64,000 bases of DNA from Candidatus Obscuribacteraceae bacterium. Lineage in GTDB: Bacteria; Cyanobacteriota; Vampirovibrionia; Obscuribacterales; Obscuribacteraceae. The notes beneath the pieces are model-generated. The model was not told where the DNA came from. It worked only from the letters and a program-made list of their open reading frames with translations, and did not search any database. This document shows positions 36,357 through 45,964 of this stretch, piece after piece (the first letter of the stretch is position 1; each line of letters opens with the position of its first letter). The position numbers and the translations under genes are program-made. Location of the stretch: NCBI GenBank assembly GCA_044229845.1, contig JBGASG010000001.1, positions 768,001 through 832,000 on the forward strand, read 5' to 3'.

Positions 36357-37934
36357 CTACTTCCGAATGAGATGGATCGGCACGGACTGAATGCCGGCCT
36401 TCTCGGCATCTAGCTCCTGCAGTTTCTTACTGATCGCGGCCGCCGCTTCGTCATTGCCCATGCGTTTGAGGCACTCAGCCAGGCGTGACAAAACCAGTCG
36501 AAACTGGGGTGTGTTGGGATTGCCTTCCTTCTCGTAATCTTTGCAGGCCGCCCGCAAATCGTCGACTGCTTGCTGGGTGTAATAGACATTCTCGCCCCGG
36601 TGGAAATGGGCTTCGCCTGCGGCTGCCATCGCTTGAGCGTGCGGCAATCTGGACGGCAAATCGGCGACCAGTTTTCCGGCCTGTTCGTATGCCGTGGCTG
36701 CTGCATCATACTCATTGCTGCGCATGAAATGATGTCCCAGCTCGATGCGATATTTGAATCTCAACAGGGGGTCTACACCTTGAGTTTCTTCCACTGTGTC
36801 GATCAAATCTTTGATGGTGTTCTCAGCCTGCTCGAAGTGGTAATGACTGGGTTCACCGATGCCACGAGCATCGAGTTTTTGTGCTTCAGCGACGGCGGTG
36901 TCCCAGTGGGCGATACCGCTTTTAGTATCGCCGCTCTCGAAAAGAACTTTGCCTGCCACCACAGTCTTGTGGGTGACCGGCGTGAAGTATTGCGGATTGC
37001 ACATGATCGCCACGATAAAGGCGACAATGACGCCGACCAGCACCAGTGAGGCGTTGTTCTGACGCTTGGTCTTGTCGGTCAGCACTCTTCTGCCAAGCGG
37101 ATCGAGTCGCAGCAGGAGGGTGAACATAGTTTTGGTGACGAACGACACGATCAAAAACAAGAGGAGCGCCGCGCGCAAAGGTGGTATCACCCAGAAGAAC
37201 CAGTACAATGCCGTGCGCATGTGACCGCTGGTTTCTTGCAATTGCAGCGAACTCATGAGCAGCATGTGATAGATGGGGTTACGTGCCTTCAGCGCTTCCA
37301 CGACGCCTTCGTATGCCCAGTCGGAATTTGGATTGAGCCGCAACGCCTCCTTGAAGTGATCGATGGCTTCATTGATACGTCCGCGCCGCACCGCTACCCA
37401 GCCCATATTGCTGTGCGTCATCGAGTCTTCAGGATCGAGTCGCAGGGCAAACTCCAGCGATTCCTCAGCCTCGGCGAATCGATTGAGGCGCACGAGCACC
37501 TGGGCTCTGGTGTTGATGCAATTCACATCTTCGGGATCGCTCTGCAGTCCCGCTTCGGCATACTTCAGTGCTTCCTTCCAGTTTTCTTTAACGACCTGCA
37601 CATCGGCGGCATGCGTCAGGTAAGTCGAGGAAGTCGGGTCGATGCGCAAGGCTTCTTTGATGGTTTTTTCGGCGTCGCCGGTGCGGTTGCACGCCAGTTG
37701 CGACAGGCTGAGAATGTAGTAGGGATAAGCAAGTTCCGGAGCAATTTTGATGGCCGCTTCGGCTTCTTTGACTCCCTTGTCTGCCTGTCCCTGCGCGGAC
37801 AGAGACGCCGCCAGCATCGCGTGTGCCAGCGGTGCGTTGGGATCTTCGGACAGCGCTTTGCGGAATTCAGTTTCAGCTAAGTCGTAGCGACGTTGCTGGT
37901 AGAGAAGGCGACCCTTTTCGTAGTGTGCGCTCAC
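36357..37934 (-). CDS. Membrane-anchored TPR protein
   Basis: About six N-terminal TPRs, EALKARNP.Y, 2-3 TM segments, further helical repeats; ATGA overlap with the AAA gene. Confidence 0.85.
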   Translation of the reverse strand: MSAHYEKGRLLYQQRRYDLAETEFRKALSEDPNAPLAHAMLAASLSAQGQADKGVKEAEAAIKIAPELAYPYYILSLSQLACNRTGDAEKTIKEALRIDPTSSTYLTHAADVQVVKENWKEALKYAEAGLQSDPEDVNCINTRAQVLVRLNRFAEAEESLEFALRLDPEDSMTHSNMGWVAVRRGRINEAIDHFKEALRLNPNSDWAYEGVVEALKARNPIYHMLLMSSLQLQETSGHMRTALYWFFWVIPPLRAALLLFLIVSFVTKTMFTLLLRLDPLGRRVLTDKTKRQNNASLVLVGVIVAFIVAIMCNPQYFTPVTHKTVVAGKVLFESGDTKSGIAHWDTAVAEAQKLDARGIGEPSHYHFEQAENTIKDLIDTVEETQGVDPLLRFKYRIELGHHFMRSNEYDAAATAYEQAGKLVADLPSRLPHAQAMAAAGEAHFHRGENVYYTQQAVDDLRAACKDYEKEGNPNTPQFRLVLSRLAECLKRMGNDEAAAAISKKLQELDAEKAGIQSVPIHLIRK

Positions 37935-39277
37935 TGAATCTTGAGATACTTGAGAATATCGTCGTAGAGCCCGCCTTCATTGGAATACACGGCGTAGTTG
38001 CGCGCAGTGGCAAACCAATCGCTGGTCGACGGCTTGACGTTTTTCAACGAACCTTCCAGGTCTTTGGTGGTGATCGGCTTAGGTGTGCCGGTCTTCATGG
38101 CCTCGGCGATCTTCTTCTCGACGGTCTGTTCGACGAGCGCCTTCAGGTCCGCTCCCGAAAACTTGTCGGTCTTCTTGCCCATCAATTCGAAATCGATGTT
38201 TTCCATCGGTTTGCCTTTCAGCAAAATACGCAAAATGGATGCGCGCGCCGGTGCATCCGGTGGTGGTACAAATATGATGCGGTCGAAGCGTCCCGGTCGT
38301 CTGAAAGCTGAGTCGACGTGCCAGGGGGCGTTGGTGGCGGCGAGGATCAACAGACCTTCATTGTCCGTATCAACACCATCCAGTTCGTTCAAGAATTGGT
38401 TGATGATGTGCCTGCCGCCTGCCTGCCGCATGTCCGCCCGGCTGGCCGCCAGCGCATCGACTTCGTCGAAGAACACAACGCACGGCTTATTCAGGCGGGC
38501 GGTCTCGAAAATCTCGTGCAAGTTGCGTTCGCTGCTGCCGATCCACATATCGAGAACGTGGTGCAGTCCAACTGAAATGAATTTGGCATTGATTTCGCCG
38601 GCGGTGGCTTTGGCTAAATAAGTTTTGCCGCAACCCGGCGGACCGTACATCAGGATGCCGCCGCCGATTTTTTGTCCGTAGGCTTTGAAGGTCTCGGCAT
38701 GAGTGAGTGGATGAATGATCTTCATCTGCACTTGTTCTTTGACTTCGCTCATGCCGCCGACGTCGGCGAATTTGATGTCGCTGAATTCAATCAGGTGCGA
38801 TTTGTCGTCATCGTCCGCGTCCGGGTCTGCTGCATGGCGTACTTTGCCGTCGATCACCGCAGAGCGTTCGTCGGCGCCGATGCCCAGCTGTTCTGACAGC
38901 CCAGCGTCAGCCACCGAGGCGTCTTTTTCGATGCCGTGTTTGTACTGGTCGACGGCTTTTTTGATTTGTCCTTCGTTGAGCAGAAGACGCGCGTACAAAA
39001 TATGAGTTTTGGCTGGTGCGGCCGGTCGCTTGACGAGATCTTCCACCAGCACGCATGACTTGTCGTACTTGCCGCCCTGGAAACAGGCTTGAGCAAGAGC
39101 CAGCATGATTTTGTCATCGTTGGGAGCGCGGGTGAGCGCCGCCGTGTATTCGGCCTCAGCTTCTTCGAACCTTCCGACCGAGAGAAGCGCATCTGCAAGC
39201 AGCATGCGCAACGGGACGTTCTCCGGTGAGAGCTTGATGGCCTGGACCAGACCATCGATGGTTTCTTGATTTGAAAT
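37931..39277 (-). CDS. TPR-domain single-module AAA ATPase
   Basis: F.DVGG, GPPGCGKT, pore loop DMWIG.SE, FFDEVD, ATN.PW.VD.AFRRPGRFD. Frame stays open to ATT at 39277; first conventional start is 39211. Confidence 0.9.
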   Translation of the reverse strand: MSNQETIDGLVQAIKLSPENVPLRMLLADALLSVGRFEEAEAEYTAALTRAPNDDKIMLALAQACFQGGKYDKSCVLVEDLVKRPAAPAKTHILYARLLLNEGQIKKAVDQYKHGIEKDASVADAGLSEQLGIGADERSAVIDGKVRHAADPDADDDDKSHLIEFSDIKFADVGGMSEVKEQVQMKIIHPLTHAETFKAYGQKIGGGILMYGPPGCGKTYLAKATAGEINAKFISVGLHHVLDMWIGSSERNLHEIFETARLNKPCVVFFDEVDALAASRADMRQAGGRHIINQFLNELDGVDTDNEGLLILAATNAPWHVDSAFRRPGRFDRIIFVPPPDAPARASILRILLKGKPMENIDFELMGKKTDKFSGADLKALVEQTVEKKIAEAMKTGTPKPITTKDLEGSLKNVKPSTSDWFATARNYAVYSNEGGLYDDILKYLKIQ

Positions 39278-39395
39278 AACAGGCTCGCTTTTTTCAGAGG
39301 TAGCAGTGAACTGTACCTATTTATGCCACCTGGTTAAAGGAAGAAACGTTTGGCATTTAACAACTTGTACAAAGCCGTGGACTGCGCCTTTTCGG

Positions 39396-40079
39396 CTACT
39401 CGCCCGGAGTCGGCGATGGTGTTCGCGCTGCTGTCAAGGCGACGCCAACTAGCCACACAGAGAGGGCTGGGAAGAGGGCGGCGTTCAATACGATTTGCAG
39501 TAGGAGCGAGTCGACCAGGCAGGAAACGGTCTCCAGCACCCCCAGAATACCAACCGAAACGGCTGCCAGGTTGACCCAGCGGGGGTAGAGCGTGCGAGTC
39601 GGAATAGCACACAGCAAGGTGGCGACTGTGTAGCCCAGATTTCCGGCTGCGCCACTCATCATGATCAATTGCTTGTAGTAGCTGTCGAAGTGTTGCTCGG
39701 CAGATGGAAGTTGCTGCAGTGCAGCTTGAGCTGCATCAGGAAGGAGGGTGACGGCGTAGATCTGTCCATTCAGGTCGAAACCCATGCCGATCAGGCAGGC
39801 GAATATGGCCGCCTGCAGCAGTTGTGGAGACTGTACCTCGGTCTTGTGAGCTTGCCTGAAACAAACAATGACAGCAAATATGCTGAGTGATGCGGCGGTC
39901 CATGGAAGCCAGGCAGCCAACCACAATGCGCGATGTGAGGCGATAAATTCGATGCGACTGTGCACATCCGGGTTGACCGCCAGCCCGTTGCGCAAGATCA
40001 GTGCCATTGTGCCGTTGGCGATCAAATGAATCGCGAAGCCAACCCAGGCAGCGATCGAAAGTCTGCTTCGCCAGGTCAT
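39396..40079 (-). CDS. Multi-pass membrane hypothetical protein
   Basis: About six hydrophobic segments; ATGA overlap with the upstream oxidoreductase. Confidence 0.75.
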   Translation of the reverse strand: MTWRSRLSIAAWVGFAIHLIANGTMALILRNGLAVNPDVHSRIEFIASHRALWLAAWLPWTAASLSIFAVIVCFRQAHKTEVQSPQLLQAAIFACLIGMGFDLNGQIYAVTLLPDAAQAALQQLPSAEQHFDSYYKQLIMMSGAAGNLGYTVATLLCAIPTRTLYPRWVNLAAVSVGILGVLETVSCLVDSLLLQIVLNAALFPALSVWLVGVALTAARTPSPTPGE

Positions 40080-41218
40080 CTGGAAGTTTCCCCACAGTCT
40101 TCAACCGTCAGGCGGTAGCTGCGTTTGGCGCATTCAGCGACCAGTTGCTCGGCGCTCAACCAGGTATTGTAGGGCACTGGCCCGGCAAATGTCAGGGCGG
40201 CATCCTGATTGCCGTTCACCAGTTGCGATACCATCGCCACCGCCGGCATGACGGGAATGTTTTGACCGGTCGTGTCGGCTATCAAACAATGACGCACCCC
40301 CAGGCGACGACCGTCTTTTTTGCCGTGCACCTCGACGCCCACGGCACCGCTATCGGTGCCGAGAAACCCGAACGTGGACATGCCGAATTGGAGGGTATCT
40401 TGGAAAGGTAGCCACGATTTGACGATGCCTATTTTGGAGAGTTGCGTTAGCATCGAGAGACCATGGTTGAAGAGATCGACTTCGGCGCCGGCACGAAACT
40501 CCACAGTTTGCGCTGAGAAGATTTGCGGTAAGAGAAAGTGATCCGGAACATCAATGAGATAGCCGGCGCGCGCCCCGACCGGTTGCGGAAAACGGAATAT
40601 GCGGCGGTGCGACCAGCCCTGGACGTTCTGCCACCTACCGCCTTGCATGACATCGAAGCGGCGGTCCAGTGAACTGAGCAACGATGCCACCGTGCCTGGT
40701 GCACGCGGCGATCGGTTGCCCGGTGCGATCTGGATGTGAATTTCATCGATGGTGTGAAAACGCTCGCGTACCGTTTCTACAAGCACAGCCGACAAAGCCG
40801 GCACCGTCGACCATCCGGAGCAGACAGCCGACCGCGGCGTGCACTGTGACGTCAGGGCAAGGGCGGTGGAGACGAATGGGCGGTCATCCGCCATGTCTAT
40901 ATAATGGACGCCGCGAGCCAGACATGCTTCCAGCAGAAAGTGAGGAATCGCCTGAAAGGGGCCGGCAGCGCACACAGCTATATCGATTTCGTCAAGCGCT
41001 GCAGATACCGAGTCCTGGCGATCCAGATGCAACTCGACCACCGAGAGACGCGAGTCGTGCTTTGAGTGAGTTTCGTGCAGGGAGCGCAGCGCATTCAAAT
41101 TGCGACCAGCCAGCACCACTCGACAGGCGGTGAAGGCAAGCAGTTCATCGACCATTATGCGGCCGAAGTAGCCGGCGGCACCGGCTACCAGAACCTTTGC
41201 CGAGGTGGGTGCCACCAT
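40076..41218 (-). CDS. Saccharopine-dehydrogenase-like NAD(P)-binding oxidoreductase
   Basis: VLVAGAAGYFG, AGRN, AAGPFQ, GVHYIDMAD, SG.STVPALS. Confidence 0.88.
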   Translation of the reverse strand: MVAPTSAKVLVAGAAGYFGRIMVDELLAFTACRVVLAGRNLNALRSLHETHSKHDSRLSVVELHLDRQDSVSAALDEIDIAVCAAGPFQAIPHFLLEACLARGVHYIDMADDRPFVSTALALTSQCTPRSAVCSGWSTVPALSAVLVETVRERFHTIDEIHIQIAPGNRSPRAPGTVASLLSSLDRRFDVMQGGRWQNVQGWSHRRIFRFPQPVGARAGYLIDVPDHFLLPQIFSAQTVEFRAGAEVDLFNHGLSMLTQLSKIGIVKSWLPFQDTLQFGMSTFGFLGTDSGAVGVEVHGKKDGRRLGVRHCLIADTTGQNIPVMPAVAMVSQLVNGNQDAALTFAGPVPYNTWLSAEQLVAECAKRSYRLTVEDCGETSR

Positions 41219-41225
41219 CGCCGGT

Positions 41226-42059
41226 TTATTGGAACTGTCCGATGTTGTTGTAGTTGCCGTAATTGGAGACGGCAGGCATGGGCGCCTTAACCCACATTAC
41301 CGTGTTGTGGTTGCCCGGTGTGTCGATGCCGCTGGCGCGTTCGACCTGGACATTGTTGTGGTTGCCGGTGATGGACAGTTGTTTGCAGTGACCTGTGAGC
41401 ACCAGGTTGCAGTGATTGGAGGATATGGAAACAATCGAGTTATTGCAGAAAAAGGTGCCCGAATGGTGATCGTCGGTAATCGCCCAGATCGGCGGGGTCG
41501 GTTGCGCATTGCCTGTGTTGACGATGGTTTCGGTCGTGGAGGTATTGGTGGTGACACTGGTGCGTGCGCCGCCGCCACCACTTCCGCCACCGGAAAGATT
41601 GACTCCCATGGCGACGGCCAGCGATTGCACGCGCGCGATGTTCGAGCCGGTGCCGGTATGACCGAGATTGTCCATCTCCAATTTTTGGATGCGTTGAATG
41701 ATCGGAGCGCTTTCGTTTGCTTTGCCGTACGCCGACATCTCCAGCTTGGCGAGAGCGCTCTTCAAATTGAAGCCCGTGGCAGTGGTGGTTGTGGTGCGCA
41801 CGCTGGTTCCGCCACTGCCGACCCGCGTCGTCGTCACCGTCGTCGACTTGACCTTGGAGGGCGGCGTCGAGTTGACTTTGATGCCCCCAGGCGTAATCTG
41901 AACGTTGGAATGCTTGCCGGTGTTGGAGTGGACATTGATGCCGCCCGGTCCGATCTGAACCGTGCTGCCGTCCTCGCCCTGAATATTTAGTTGGGCCATG
42001 GCAGTGGGAATTGAGATAAGCGCTGTAGCGCAGAGAATGGAAACCGCCAACTGTTTCAT
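41226..42059 (-). CDS. Secreted protein with C-terminal DUF3060-like beta-solenoid
   Basis: Signal peptide from ATG at 42059; VQIGPGGI/VQITPGGI repeats; C....V.I......LTG.C..L.ITGN.N.V. Confidence 0.7.
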   Translation of the reverse strand: MKQLAVSILCATALISIPTAMAQLNIQGEDGSTVQIGPGGINVHSNTGKHSNVQITPGGIKVNSTPPSKVKSTTVTTTRVGSGGTSVRTTTTTATGFNLKSALAKLEMSAYGKANESAPIIQRIQKLEMDNLGHTGTGSNIARVQSLAVAMGVNLSGGGSGGGGARTSVTTNTSTTETIVNTGNAQPTPPIWAITDDHHSGTFFCNNSIVSISSNHCNLVLTGHCKQLSITGNHNNVQVERASGIDTPGNHNTVMWVKAPMPAVSNYGNYNNIGQFQ

Positions 42060-42148
42060 AGCAAAACAACTCCGTACAACTTCGAATTCGCCCATTTTAA
42101 GCCAGTCGGCGAAATACTGCCAGAACGGAAAGACTTGACAAGCTGCGT

Positions 42149-42658
42149 CTAACGAGCGCTCATCCGCAGCCTGAGCGCAACCGTCAAAATAATCAGCCCC
42201 ACATAGAAGAGCTGGGTAATTGGGGGAAACCATGGATGTTTGGTGCCGGTGGCGTAGGCATAATCAGCCAGGTCGCAGGCCAGCGTCCCCGCGATAATGC
42301 AGCCGATCACCAGAGGAACCTGGTCCCTGGGTGCCGTGTGAGCCAGTTTGTTGAGCAGGAGAGCCGAGAGACCGATACCCAGTAGCGCCGCTACCAGCAA
42401 GTACTGGCTTATTCAAGTCATGCAGACGGAGATGATGTTCAAAAACTTGATCATCATGAAGCTGATGAAGGTGGTGGCGAGTGCCAGAGTCATTTTGGGC
42501 GACAGAGGCTTGGGCATAGGGTTCTGTTTCTTAAAGGCCTTTTCGCAGAACTGACAGCGCAGCGAATCTTTGCTGACCGTCATACACTCTTCGCAGATGT
42601 TTCTGCCGCAAACGAAGCATTTGATTTTCGTAGTTGAACACTGGTGCATGCTTGTCAT
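42149..42658 (-). pseudogene. B-box-like zinc-finger membrane protein interrupted by an in-frame TGA
   Basis: H...CFVCGRNICEEC...CQFC then a TM helix. TGA at 42415-42413 is followed in frame by ISQYLLVAALLGIG... and three more TM segments. Confidence 0.6.
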
Positions 42659-42669
42659 TATAGCCAATC

Positions 42670-43755
42670 TCAGTCGATGGCGCGGGTCATTGTCCACAAC
42701 CCGTAGGAATTGAAGCGAGCATTGCCATGCTCGGTGAAGCGTCCGCACTCGCGCAATTCAAATTCGTACTTGCCGCCGGTGACAGCCGATTCGAAAGTAA
42801 TCGGATCTTTTTCTTCCCAGGTTTCATTGATCAACTGGAAGACGAGAAACTCGCAGAGCACGTCCACTGCCACATCGAATTTCATAATCGAGTAGGGAAT
42901 CTCGACATCGGCATAACCGAGAGCATGCATGCCGGCTGAAAACAACTCGCTGCCGGAGTTGTACAGTTTTGCAAAGGCGTTGGGCAGGTTGTCGCTGGAG
43001 GTATCCGCGCACAGTGCCTGTACTTCTTCGTGGGTATGCACGGCATTGGAGTTGCGCATTAAAACAGCCGGTGCGCTGAGAGCACGCATGAGCGGTTCCA
43101 GCATCGACAGAGTTTGTGTTGCCAGATCGATCTGCCCGGCGGTGCCCTGAGCGATGTCCCAATTTGGTGCGCTGATGTGCACGAAAGTGTTGTGGGACGT
43201 GATCGCGTCTGCCACATCGGATGAGACGTGTCCTTCGGAGATCTCGACCATGAGCGCACCCCAATCGGCGTTGCGCTCGAAGACTTCGATGTCGTACACG
43301 ACTGTGCCTTCGGTGGACATCAAGGTCTCGCCGTCGGTGGATAGCTCAGGGCGGTTGCTGATGCGCACAATAACATCGGCCAGATCTTCCAGAGCCGTCG
43401 GGATTAAGATCGAGATTGTCTCTCTGACCGGCGGACCTTGCGAATCACTGGCGGCACCTTCATACCGGTTGCGCGCCTGCTCGATTGTCTGCGTCCACAC
43501 GTCTGTCTGATCGTCTTCGCCGTTTTTCGCATAGATTTCTTCAGCCCGGTTAAGGTCTAGCAGCGCCGCCTTGATGTTGCCGGTATTGAAATTGGCTTCG
43601 GCGCGCTGAACATATCCATCTATGCTGGGATTTAGGCTGATGGACACGCTCAACTCTTTGAGCGCCTGTTTGAAATCGCCTCGTGCCAGTGCTTCTTTGC
43701 CCTGGGTCAGCCGCTGAGTTGCCATTTCGGAAGTCAAACCGTTCAACCTCGACAC
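42670..43755 (-). CDS. TPR protein with C-terminal DUF4261-like domain
   Basis: N-terminal TPR pair; C-terminal GMHALG..DVE...FN.YGLW. Confidence 0.65.
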   Translation of the reverse strand: MSRLNGLTSEMATQRLTQGKEALARGDFKQALKELSVSISLNPSIDGYVQRAEANFNTGNIKAALLDLNRAEEIYAKNGEDDQTDVWTQTIEQARNRYEGAASDSQGPPVRETISILIPTALEDLADVIVRISNRPELSTDGETLMSTEGTVVYDIEVFERNADWGALMVEISEGHVSSDVADAITSHNTFVHISAPNWDIAQGTAGQIDLATQTLSMLEPLMRALSAPAVLMRNSNAVHTHEEVQALCADTSSDNLPNAFAKLYNSGSELFSAGMHALGYADVEIPYSIMKFDVAVDVLCEFLVFQLINETWEEKDPITFESAVTGGKYEFELRECGRFTEHGNARFNSYGLWTMTRAID

Positions 43756-43791
43756 AGGTTACCAAGTATAACCGCTTGGCGTCTCGCGTCC

Positions 43792-45927
43792 TTAAACGCG
43801 CATGGTGAGAGCGATACGCTTACGGTCGAGGTCGACACTCACCACTTTTACCTTGACCTTCTGGTGGACCTTCACTACTTCGTGCGGATCTTTGACGAAA
43901 CGATCGGCGAGTTGACTGATATGCACCAGACCATCCTGGTGAACGCCGACATCGACGAAGGCACCAAAAGCGGTGACGTTGGTGACCACACCTTCCAGCG
44001 ACATGCCGACTTTCAAGTCTTCCGGTTTGGTTATACCGTCAGCGAATTTCACCGGATTGAGCGGCTCGCGCGGGTCGCGTCCAGGTTTGGCTATTTCCTG
44101 GACTATGTCGTTGAGAGTGGGCAATCCCACTTTGTCGGACACGTATTTTTTGAGATCGATGCGCTGACGCAGCTGGTCGTCACCTAACAGGTCTTTCACT
44201 GAACGACCAAGGTCCTTAGCGATTTGATTGACTATGTGATAGCTTTCAGGATGCACCGCACTGTTGTCCAGTGGATTGTCGGCGTCGTGTATGCGCAAGA
44301 AGCCGGCTGCCTGCTCGAACGCCTTGGCACCGAGGCGCGGCACTTTCTTGAGAGCGTCGCGGGAGCGGAACGCGCCGTTTTCATCGCGAAACTTGACGAT
44401 GCCGGCAGCCAGTTGCGGACCCAGTCCCGAAACGTAGGTAAGCAACTGCTTGCTGGCGGTGTTGAGTTCGACGCCTACCGTATTGACACAACTGACGACG
44501 ACGTCATCGAGGCTGCGTTTCAGGGCTGACTGATCGACGTCGTGCTGGTATTGACCGACGCCGATCGACTTGGGGTCGATTTTCACCAGTTCTGCCAGGG
44601 GATCTATAAGACGCCTGCCAATTGATACAGCACCGCGCACGGTGACATCATGATCGGGAAACTCATCGCGAGCTACTTCGGAGGCCGAATAGATCGAAGC
44701 ACCGCTCTCGTTAACCATGACTACGAGAGGCTTGCCCGGCAGCTTACCGGCCTTGATCAGGTCGCGCACAAAAGTCTCTGCTTCCCGTCCGCCGGTGCCG
44801 TTGCCGACTGCAATGGCTTCAACCTTGTACTGTTCGCACCATTTTGCCAGCTTATTGGCAGCATCGGTGGTGGATGAGCCGAGCAGGTGGATGACGTCGT
44901 GCGCCAGAAGCGCACCCTGTTCGTTCAGACAAACTATTTTGCAACCGGTGCGCAATCCCGGATCAAGCCCGAGCACGCGCTTGCGGCCCAGAGGTGGTGA
45001 GAGCAACAGCTCCCTGAGGTTGCTCGTGAATACTTTGATCGCTTCTGAGTCGGCGCGTTTTTTAAGCACGTCGCGCATTTCTGTTTCCATCGACGGCGCC
45101 AGCAATCTTTTGTAGCAATCGTCGATAGCCAGGCGAATCTGATCGGCGGCTTTGCCCTGTTTCGTCAAGTAGCGTCGGTGCAAGCGGTTCAAAGCTTCTT
45201 CAGCGGGCGGCGAAATTTCTACTTTCAAGAAGCCTTCGTTCTCACCACGCAAAATAGCCAGGACGCGGTGTGAAGGCGCTGCTTTGATCGGCTCGACCCA
45301 ATCAAAGTAGTCGCTGAATTTGGCGCCCTCCTGCTCTTTGCCCTTTGCCACCACTGAGTCGATGGAGCTTTGCTGCTCCCAGTATGTGCGCATCTGACCG
45401 CGAGTGGCTGCATCTTCGTTGACCAGTTCGGCGATGATGTCCCGGGCACCGGCGAGGGCATCCTCCGCCGTCTCCACACCCTTGTCGCCGTCGACGAAAG
45501 CGGCGGCATCGGCGGCGGGATCTTTGCTTTCGAATGAGAAGATCTTTTGTGCCAGCGGTTCCAATCCTTTTTCGCGGGCAGCCATGGCGCGAGTTCTGCG
45601 CTTGGGACGAAACGGCAAATAAACGTCTTCCAGGTCGGTCAGTGTTTTGCAACCGGCAACTTGCTTTTCCAATTCCGGTGTCAGAAGCGAACGCTCTTGC
45701 AGCGATTTGATGATGCTGGCGCGTCGCTTATCAAGTTCTTCCAGCTCTTCCAGGCGATCGCGAATGGCGGCAATCGCCACCTCATCAAGAGATCCGGTCG
45801 CCTCTTTGCGATAGCGCGAGATAAAGGGAACGGTCGCCCCTTCTGAAAGCAACGACGCGGTTGCCCTGACTTGCGCGATATTCAGCTTTAGTTCGTCGGC
45901 TACGCGACCGACGTTATCATTTACCAT
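43792..45927 (-). CDS. tex: Tex-family RNA-binding transcription accessory protein
   Basis: GATVPFISRYRKEATG.LDE, DPG.RTGCK, GASIYSAS..A..EFP, IDPKSIGVGQYQHDV, C-terminal S1 domain. Confidence 0.97.
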   Translation of the reverse strand: MVNDNVGRVADELKLNIAQVRATASLLSEGATVPFISRYRKEATGSLDEVAIAAIRDRLEELEELDKRRASIIKSLQERSLLTPELEKQVAGCKTLTDLEDVYLPFRPKRRTRAMAAREKGLEPLAQKIFSFESKDPAADAAAFVDGDKGVETAEDALAGARDIIAELVNEDAATRGQMRTYWEQQSSIDSVVAKGKEQEGAKFSDYFDWVEPIKAAPSHRVLAILRGENEGFLKVEISPPAEEALNRLHRRYLTKQGKAADQIRLAIDDCYKRLLAPSMETEMRDVLKKRADSEAIKVFTSNLRELLLSPPLGRKRVLGLDPGLRTGCKIVCLNEQGALLAHDVIHLLGSSTTDAANKLAKWCEQYKVEAIAVGNGTGGREAETFVRDLIKAGKLPGKPLVVMVNESGASIYSASEVARDEFPDHDVTVRGAVSIGRRLIDPLAELVKIDPKSIGVGQYQHDVDQSALKRSLDDVVVSCVNTVGVELNTASKQLLTYVSGLGPQLAAGIVKFRDENGAFRSRDALKKVPRLGAKAFEQAAGFLRIHDADNPLDNSAVHPESYHIVNQIAKDLGRSVKDLLGDDQLRQRIDLKKYVSDKVGLPTLNDIVQEIAKPGRDPREPLNPVKFADGITKPEDLKVGMSLEGVVTNVTAFGAFVDVGVHQDGLVHISQLADRFVKDPHEVVKVHQKVKVKVVSVDLDRKRIALTMRV

Positions 45928-45964
45928 GGCTGAGATTTTAACCTATGTGAGAGACTATCGCGTT

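Noticed and set aside
23125..42658. Alternative genetic code (TAG or TGA reassigned), suggested by the in-frame stops
   Set aside because: Conserved genes end at the expected positions with both codons (fabH with TAG at 8978; glmM and the LON-domain gene with TGA), and there is only one internal instance of each.
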